DNA from: Methanobacteriota archaeon
Lineage (GTDB): Archaea > Thermoplasmatota > Thermoplasmata > SG8-5
DNA length: 46,715 nucleotides
Assembly (NCBI GenBank): GCA_030670795.1
Contig: DAOVAY010000001.1
Span: 1 to 46,715 of the forward strand
Reading direction: 5' to 3'
Below, piece after piece: positions 42,301 to 46,715 of this stretch (positions within the stretch are counted from its first letter, which is position 1; each line of letters opens with the position of its first letter). The translations under genes were made by a program, and so were the position numbers. The notes beneath the pieces are model-generated. The model was not told the DNA's origin and did no database searches. It saw only the letters and a list, made by a program, of their open reading frames with translations.

Positions 42301-45300
42301 GCACTAGATACTTCAGGCATATTAGATACTGAAACCAAAATTGATGCCGCTAAACTATATGTAGAGTTCAACAGGGTTGGACAAACAGATGATGTTCGAA
42401 TCGATTGCGCTCGCATTTATTGGGAGACCACAGGCGTAGCTCATGAGTCACTCGAGCACAAATGGCAGTTCACTAACACGCCATTGTCAGCCTCGCAATA
42501 TGAATTCCATGCCTTTGTGGGCTGGGACGGGGCTGGGGCTGGGGACGACACCTTCGAGTATTACTACTCAGAGGCAAACCCCCCAACCACCAGTGTCGGT
42601 GACCCCTCAGAATGGACATTGATGTTCACTGACAGCACTGAAGCAGTAAACGAGCAGACCTTCGACCTTGACAATGATGGATACACTGGCGGAACCTTCT
42701 ATGTAGGGGTTATTGACACTGCCAGTTCAGGTGATGGTAAGGACACTTTGATTGTCGATTATTTGTATGTGGAAACATTGATTACACCTGCAACATCAGA
42801 GTTAGAACATAAATGGACCTTTGCCGGTGTCAGTGCTGGAACTGACACGACCTTCTACCTTGAAGCTTACCGCACCAATCTGGATAGTGAAGATTTCGAG
42901 TTCTATTACTCTACCACTGGTGCGGGAAGTGTCAGCACCTGGACACCGATGCCTAGTCTTGATCTTACAAAGACCACTGATGACGATGTCTACCAAGAAT
43001 TTTCTGATGGGACATTGGACGCGTTCACTGGCACTCTCTATGTTGGGGTGATAGATGCGACAAGTGGAGATTCTAACCTGGATACGGTTTACATAGACCA
43101 CATGTACTTCAGAGCATCAGGGGCGATGCTTGATTCTGATTTTGGTTTCTCTGTTGGCTATGTTGATAATTTGAACGATGATGGTAGTAATACACCAGAT
43201 GTGTTGATTGGTGCACCCTCAGCTAACAACGGTTACGCATATGGCTGGTTCGACGGCGATTTTGAAACTATGGCATCCAGAACAGACACGAGCCAAGCAG
43301 ATTTTACTGTTTCGGGAAGTAGCCTGGCATCGAGTAATCCAAATAATAACATTTTTGCAACATCTGGTGGGGACTTGAATTTGAGTGCTAATATAATCTT
43401 TGAAGATGATTTTGAGGATGATACTGTAGGAGGCAACCCTGACGATCCTCCCTGGACAACAACTGAAGATGCGGATGCGGTGGTTTCGATTGTTAATACG
43501 ATTTATTATCCTCCATCAGATCCAAGTGGCCAGTGTGTTGAGCTTGCAGATTCTGGTACGGGACCTGTTGGTGATTATTGTAGAATCACAGCATCATTTA
43601 CTGCAATTGCTGAAGGGTGTGTAGAATATTATCTTCGAGTAAGCAATACCGAGGAAACCGATATATTTGTAAAGACAGGTGCTACAAACGTAATGATTAT
43701 GTTTTTTTCAGGTAATAACATATACTGGCATGACGGGAGTAACCATGACATAGGCGATTATGTCATTGATACATGGTATCACGTAAGACTGATATTCGAT
43801 TGTGACACAAATAAATATGATATATATATCGACGATATGGTAACGCCAGCAAAAACTGGTGCTGATTTTGATACAGGTGCAACCGATGTCAATACAATTG
43901 AATTTGTATCGCCTACCGGCACTACCGTAACAGCCTATATAGATAAGATAAAGGTCTATGATTTTGATACCCCTGGCAACTACACCTCATCAACCACCAC
44001 GGCCCCCTATTATTTAACTGCCGTTAAACCATATTGGAATCTCACAACACCCACGGGTACCACAGCCTGGATAAACATCTCAAGGGATGGTGGTATAACT
44101 TGGAATCAATCTGCCATCTCCAATGGCTGTTGGTACACCTTCCCAAGTGAGGCCATAGGCAAGGAACTGTGTTATAAGATTGAGATGTCAACCACCCATG
44201 TTGGCTTCACCCCTGTTTTGGAGGATATCACACTGTATTACGAATACTGCAATCCTCCGGATGTAACATTCACCGGCTCATCCTCCGGCGACAAATTCGG
44301 CTTTTCGGTAGCTTCAGCTGGCGATATCGACGGCGACAGCATAGGTGACATAATCGTTGGAGCGCCGTATGATGATGACGGTGGAGCAGATGCCGGCGGT
44401 ATATTCGTTTATTGTGGCGGCGCGTATCTTTCAGGAACTGTCTCGGCAGCGAACGCTAACTTCACCTACTTCGGTGAGAACGCTGGCGATATGTTAGGTT
44501 GGTCTGTGAGCACAGCCGGGGATATCAACGAGCACGGATACGATGATGTGATTGCTGGTGCGCCATACTATGACTCCTCCAAGGGGATGGCGTATGCGTT
44601 GTCGATAGCTCTGCCCATGAAAATCACATCTTTTACAATAGCTGAGAACAGTTCTGATGCACTGGACGTGGACCTGAGCTGGAGTTCTGTCAAGGGCGCT
44701 ACAAAATACAAAATATTCAGATCCGACAGACCTTGGAAGTTCAACTGGGCCTCCCCTATTGCCACAATCGATGCTCCGGCGACATCATGGACAGATACAA
44801 CTGCCGCGAGGAACACCACTAATTCGCAAAACATGACCGCCTATTACTATGCGATAAGGGCCGAGAATCCAATAGGTGAGTTGGGCTCATTCAAAATGTT
44901 CGCCATATACCGCATGGACCTTGTGAAAGGATGGAACCTTGTATCGTGGTTCTCGAATGCTACTCAGGACATAGAATCAGAAGCCTTCAAGAACTTGGAG
45001 GATGACGACGGCACGAATCCCGACACTTACGAATACGACAAGGTCGAACGCTGGAATCCGACCACCCAGCAGTGGGAATCATACACTACAGATGGTGATC
45101 TCGGTCCGTTCTCAGATATGGCTCCGGGCTATGCGTATGCTGTGCAGTGCAACCACACAGGCGGCGATGGCGTAATCACATGGACGTACACGGAGGACTT
45201 CGGCTCTCCGACGTTCAGCTCTGCAGACGATTCGGCATTGGGTGCTCCGACAAACTTCCAGCTTGCACGAAATGCCGGCAACCCCGACCATGTGGACTTG

Positions 45301-45795
45301 AGCTGGACCGCGGTTGGCGGAGCCGCCCGTTACAACATTTACCGCTCCACAACGAAATGGGGCTTTGACTTCAACTCTCCAATATATTTCACGGCAAACG
45401 GAGCAGAAGTTACCTGGACTGACACGACATCGACACAGGAGAACGGTGCATACAACCACTCGGTTTACTACTACATTGTCCGGGCTGTTGATGCAAGCGG
45501 CGATATAGAGAAGAACACCAATGCTGTCGGCATGCACAGGATGGACTTTATGACTGGTATCAACTATATCAGCTGGGGCGTGATGAAAATCGAAGACATA
45601 GACGCGGCAGCGTTGGCCAGTCTAACCTGGGGCGGCGATTATTTTGCAGTATCTCGCTGGAACGAGACAGCACAGGAATTCAATAATACTGACTGGGCCA
45701 CAGTAAATGACTTCACCGACTTTGAGCCGGGATACGGGTACGCAGTGTATGCGATACAGGCATGCACCTGGACCTACGTTGAGTACACGACATGA
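39304..45795 (+). CDS. 2163-aa secreted surface protein: signal peptide, two FG-GAP (integrin-alpha-like) blocks, jelly-roll/LamG-like regions, a triplicated ~110-aa 'LEHKW' domain, and two C-terminal FN3-like plus partner-domain modules
   Basis: N-terminal hydrophobic segment IICTVVVLMMVTATILPL. FG-GAP repeats FGWNVSKAGDVDGDGTPDIIVGAPNAD (x4 at ~39460-40150; x3 at ~43140-44590). LEHKW units start at 41368, 42451 and 42802. LSWSSVKGATKYKIFRS and LSWTAVGGAARYNIYRS are FN3-like. Confidence 0.85.
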   Translation: MKQDRVMWASKIICTVVVLMMVTATILPLTVGDTLYEITSGEGDSGAGTTAQFGWNVSKAGDVDGDGTPDIIVGAPNADYGGNTDCGAAFIFFGYEGIEDSDLNASSANVSIYGANAGDHFGWDVSDAGDVNGNYADIIIGAPDALTYGTDRNGSAYIFYGKGLDWEAVTDDGVWALSSTAANVTIDGEADGDRFGASVSCAGNYDNLVNDDVIVGAPNADSGKGRAYIFYDGSMSTSISAANADIIMNGKHENGKFGTSVSSAGDTDGVGGTEVVVGEPGSERAYVYYPPSDQTANADDPASGTVTPSTNGYVKTQASDDDYEILEEEAGGGSSVIWDDDFETDKGWTGYGGGGEWERAAPSGLGGEHGNSDPSADHTSGSGTLCLGNDITGGGTYLGDYENTGGTTYWITSPSIDFTGKTNVHMRFWRYLNVENSAYDNAYIETQNGVTGWTRLWDNTDFLVTDNVWIQVIYDVSTMADNQNAFQVRFGIDGDSTWFFSGWNIDDFELLTGTLATYDYSSGYNTDKWSYDKSNEAVRPPGSGPAVAGEAAFTSANIAGTDNIRYSTTITAGTYSFQRFEINIAENPANIDGLYLEYEGGASGTATGTNGYMWNFTSGAWEVWANTPMYVGGDTASDVSYLNGFSNYISGGKLYFLAECGASDVGITHRTDHVQVQIFTESAISTSKLEHKWTIPVTTGGTFYLEANRTDKGEGDTLDFYYSLTGTGTVGDTGAGWVSMMGQITIPTTGDPDSYQTYSDSTLDTHTGPLYIGVVDADRTGDNTLKDVLCVDHMFVRGISFKELIGERVTQSTDYTATADTAVTGTVTNTYAKTQATDDDYESIQEVSVAATYDYDYTTDEVFTQSESHTNDHTATQALGGNTEDIVELSMPGGGNEYLYVDGWGSERTAWTEAGNAPYLNAQDEPTHIISTTSDGAQSGDYTFQNSAITGTFSSSQVEFYANNDDGAANDEFLVYIHDGTSWNYIGTVQPTGTIYAWFALDTSGILDTETKIDAAKLYVEFNRVGQTDDVRIDCARIYWETTGVAHESLEHKWQFTNTPLSASQYEFHAFVGWDGAGAGDDTFEYYYSEANPPTTSVGDPSEWTLMFTDSTEAVNEQTFDLDNDGYTGGTFYVGVIDTASSGDGKDTLIVDYLYVETLITPATSELEHKWTFAGVSAGTDTTFYLEAYRTNLDSEDFEFYYSTTGAGSVSTWTPMPSLDLTKTTDDDVYQEFSDGTLDAFTGTLYVGVIDATSGDSNLDTVYIDHMYFRASGAMLDSDFGFSVGYVDNLNDDGSNTPDVLIGAPSANNGYAYGWFDGDFETMASRTDTSQADFTVSGSSLASSNPNNNIFATSGGDLNLSANIIFEDDFEDDTVGGNPDDPPWTTTEDADAVVSIVNTIYYPPSDPSGQCVELADSGTGPVGDYCRITASFTAIAEGCVEYYLRVSNTEETDIFVKTGATNVMIMFFSGNNIYWHDGSNHDIGDYVIDTWYHVRLIFDCDTNKYDIYIDDMVTPAKTGADFDTGATDVNTIEFVSPTGTTVTAYIDKIKVYDFDTPGNYTSSTTTAPYYLTAVKPYWNLTTPTGTTAWINISRDGGITWNQSAISNGCWYTFPSEAIGKELCYKIEMSTTHVGFTPVLEDITLYYEYCNPPDVTFTGSSSGDKFGFSVASAGDIDGDSIGDIIVGAPYDDDGGADAGGIFVYCGGAYLSGTVSAANANFTYFGENAGDMLGWSVSTAGDINEHGYDDVIAGAPYYDSSKGMAYALSIALPMKITSFTIAENSSDALDVDLSWSSVKGATKYKIFRSDRPWKFNWASPIATIDAPATSWTDTTAARNTTNSQNMTAYYYAIRAENPIGELGSFKMFAIYRMDLVKGWNLVSWFSNATQDIESEAFKNLEDDDGTNPDTYEYDKVERWNPTTQQWESYTTDGDLGPFSDMAPGYAYAVQCNHTGGDGVITWTYTEDFGSPTFSSADDSALGAPTNFQLARNAGNPDHVDLSWTAVGGAARYNIYRSTTKWGFDFNSPIYFTANGAEVTWTDTTSTQENGAYNHSVYYYIVRAVDASGDIEKNTNAVGMHRMDFMTGINYISWGVMKIEDIDAAALASLTWGGDYFAVSRWNETAQEFNNTDWATVNDFTDFEPGYGYAVYAIQACTWTYVEYTT

Positions 45796-45808
45796 TGGTG
45801 TCGATAGA

Positions 45809-46715
45809 ATGGCTGTGAAAGACAGAAAGCCAATCATTCTTCTTTCTATTTTCCTGATTGCACTCAGCATGAGCCACATAACTCCATCGACAGTTGCCGC
45901 GCCGTTCGCGATCACGGTGAGCGGGAATGTGTTCGATGACACAGGGATGCCAGCACCAATCGGGACGCAAGTGAACATCACCATCTACGACGGCCCAATC
46001 CTGAACAGTGTATACGCAGCCACGGTACTGGATGTATACGGTTTCTACTACAACGATACCGTTTTCGCAGACTACGGATACAACATTTCGGTCAATGCAA
46101 CATTTGATAGTTTTTTCGATGAAAACAATGCCACAGTGGTTTTCGGCAAAGCCTCGTATAAAATACATATTGGCACTGTGATATACAGTGTTGGAATCAA
46201 TCAGCCAGCCGACAAAAATGGCAACCCTGGTGCAACGCTTTTTTACACATTCAATATAACCAATACAGGTAATGTGAAGGATAGATATACATTGGAGGTT
46301 AGCTCGTCGTCAGGATGGTCTGTAGCCATTCCCCGGGGGAACACAACGGATGTCATTATGCCAGGGGGTTCCGAGGATGTTGTGGTCGAAGTTACCATTC
46401 CACCAAACGCCCCCGCATTTACCACAGACACTTTGACTTTCAGGGTCATATCTGTCCTTGAACCTACGACCGAGGGCACAGTTAATGTCGTGACCACCGT
46501 AAACCAAGTAGTAGATGTGGAAGTCATACCTCCATCAGCATCATCTGGCTTGCCTGGTGAAACACTACTATTGACATTTCAGGTGAAGAATACCGGCAAC
46601 GGGAATGATTCATTTTTTCTATCAGCATCCAGTACCAATCCAACCTGGACATGTTCCCTGATTGGTGATTCAAACACACCAGTAATCAATAACGATGCGA
46701 CATTGAGTGTAAATG
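45809..46715 (+). CDS. Secreted protein with CARDB/NEW3-like beta-sandwich repeats; the 3' end is outside the window; absent from the supplied ORF track
   Basis: I translated 302 codons by hand with no stop: MAVKDRKPIILLSIFLIALSMSHITPSTVAAP... (signal peptide), then ...GATLFYTFNITNTGNVKDRYTLEVSSSSGWSVAIP... and ...GETLLLTFQVKNTGNGNDSFFLSASSTNPTW... GGTG lies 8 nt upstream of the ATG. Confidence 0.7.
   Translation, partial: MAVKDRKPIILLSIFLIALSMSHITPSTVAAPFAITVSGNVFDDTGMPAPIGTQVNITIYDGPILNSVYAATVLDVYGFYYNDTVFADYGYNISVNATFDSFFDENNATVVFGKASYKIHIGTVIYSVGINQPADKNGNPGATLFYTFNITNTGNVKDRYTLEVSSSSGWSVAIPRGNTTDVIMPGGSEDVVVEVTIPPNAPAFTTDTLTFRVISVLEPTTEGTVNVVTTVNQVVDVEVIPPSASSGLPGETLLLTFQVKNTGNGNDSFFLSASSTNPTWTCSLIGDSNTPVINNDATLSVN

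Noticed and set aside
1-46715. I looked for tRNA, rRNA, CRISPR repeats, integrase/transposase/TnpB, toxin-antitoxin pairs and recognisable defence genes.
   Set aside because: None was found by eye. The AAA-TPR protein is STAND-like but has no effector domain, so I do not call it a defence system.

Overview
The window looks archaeal and chromosomal. Supporting features are a four-subunit 2-oxoacid:ferredoxin oxidoreductase, IorAB, a tungsten-type AOR, a thiolase+DUF35 pair, a KaiC-like ATPase, a PEF-CTERM-like tail, and GGAGG/GGTGA Shine-Dalgarno (SD) sequences with many ATGA/TGATG overlaps. I saw no rRNA, tRNA, CRISPR array, integrase or transposase. About 1-32 kb is an anaerobic acyl-CoA/ferredoxin metabolism island. 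It holds thiolase-DUF35-SDR and a tightly packed 14-gene + strand operon (4757-16333) with a four-subunit benzoyl-CoA-reductase-like enzyme (two B/C-type subunits plus two different ATPase subunits), ferredoxin, an Fe-S/GltD-like flavoprotein, a MoaD-like protein, AOR and its Fe-S partner. It also holds a second, stand-alone dehydratase-family module (PanE-like reductase, FAD oxidoreductase, divergent activase plus acyl-CoA synthetase), IorAB and OFOR gamma-delta-alpha-beta. About 32-47 kb holds a small regulatory-looking trio (Zn-ribbon miniprotein, KaiC-like ATPase, wHTH protein) followed by giant cell-surface proteins of 1401 aa and 2163 aa, plus a third that runs off the window. The most unusual signal is a ~210-260 nt intergenic element present three times (4424-4680, 23792-24015, 34724-34931), always on the + strand. 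Several of its helices are maintained by compensatory substitutions, so it is a candidate new structured RNA or a non-autonomous mobile element. Copy 1 lies next to an unlisted 46-codon AbrB/DUF2080-like ORF. Other points are a shared C-terminal D-[DE]-L-F tail on three operon proteins, an uncharacterised domain shared by a membrane protein and an AAA-TPR ATPase (where it is inserted between Walker A and Walker B), an OFOR gamma gene with no canonical start codon, and novel repeat architectures in the surface proteins. All functional calls come from my own motif recognition on the supplied translations. No database search was run.
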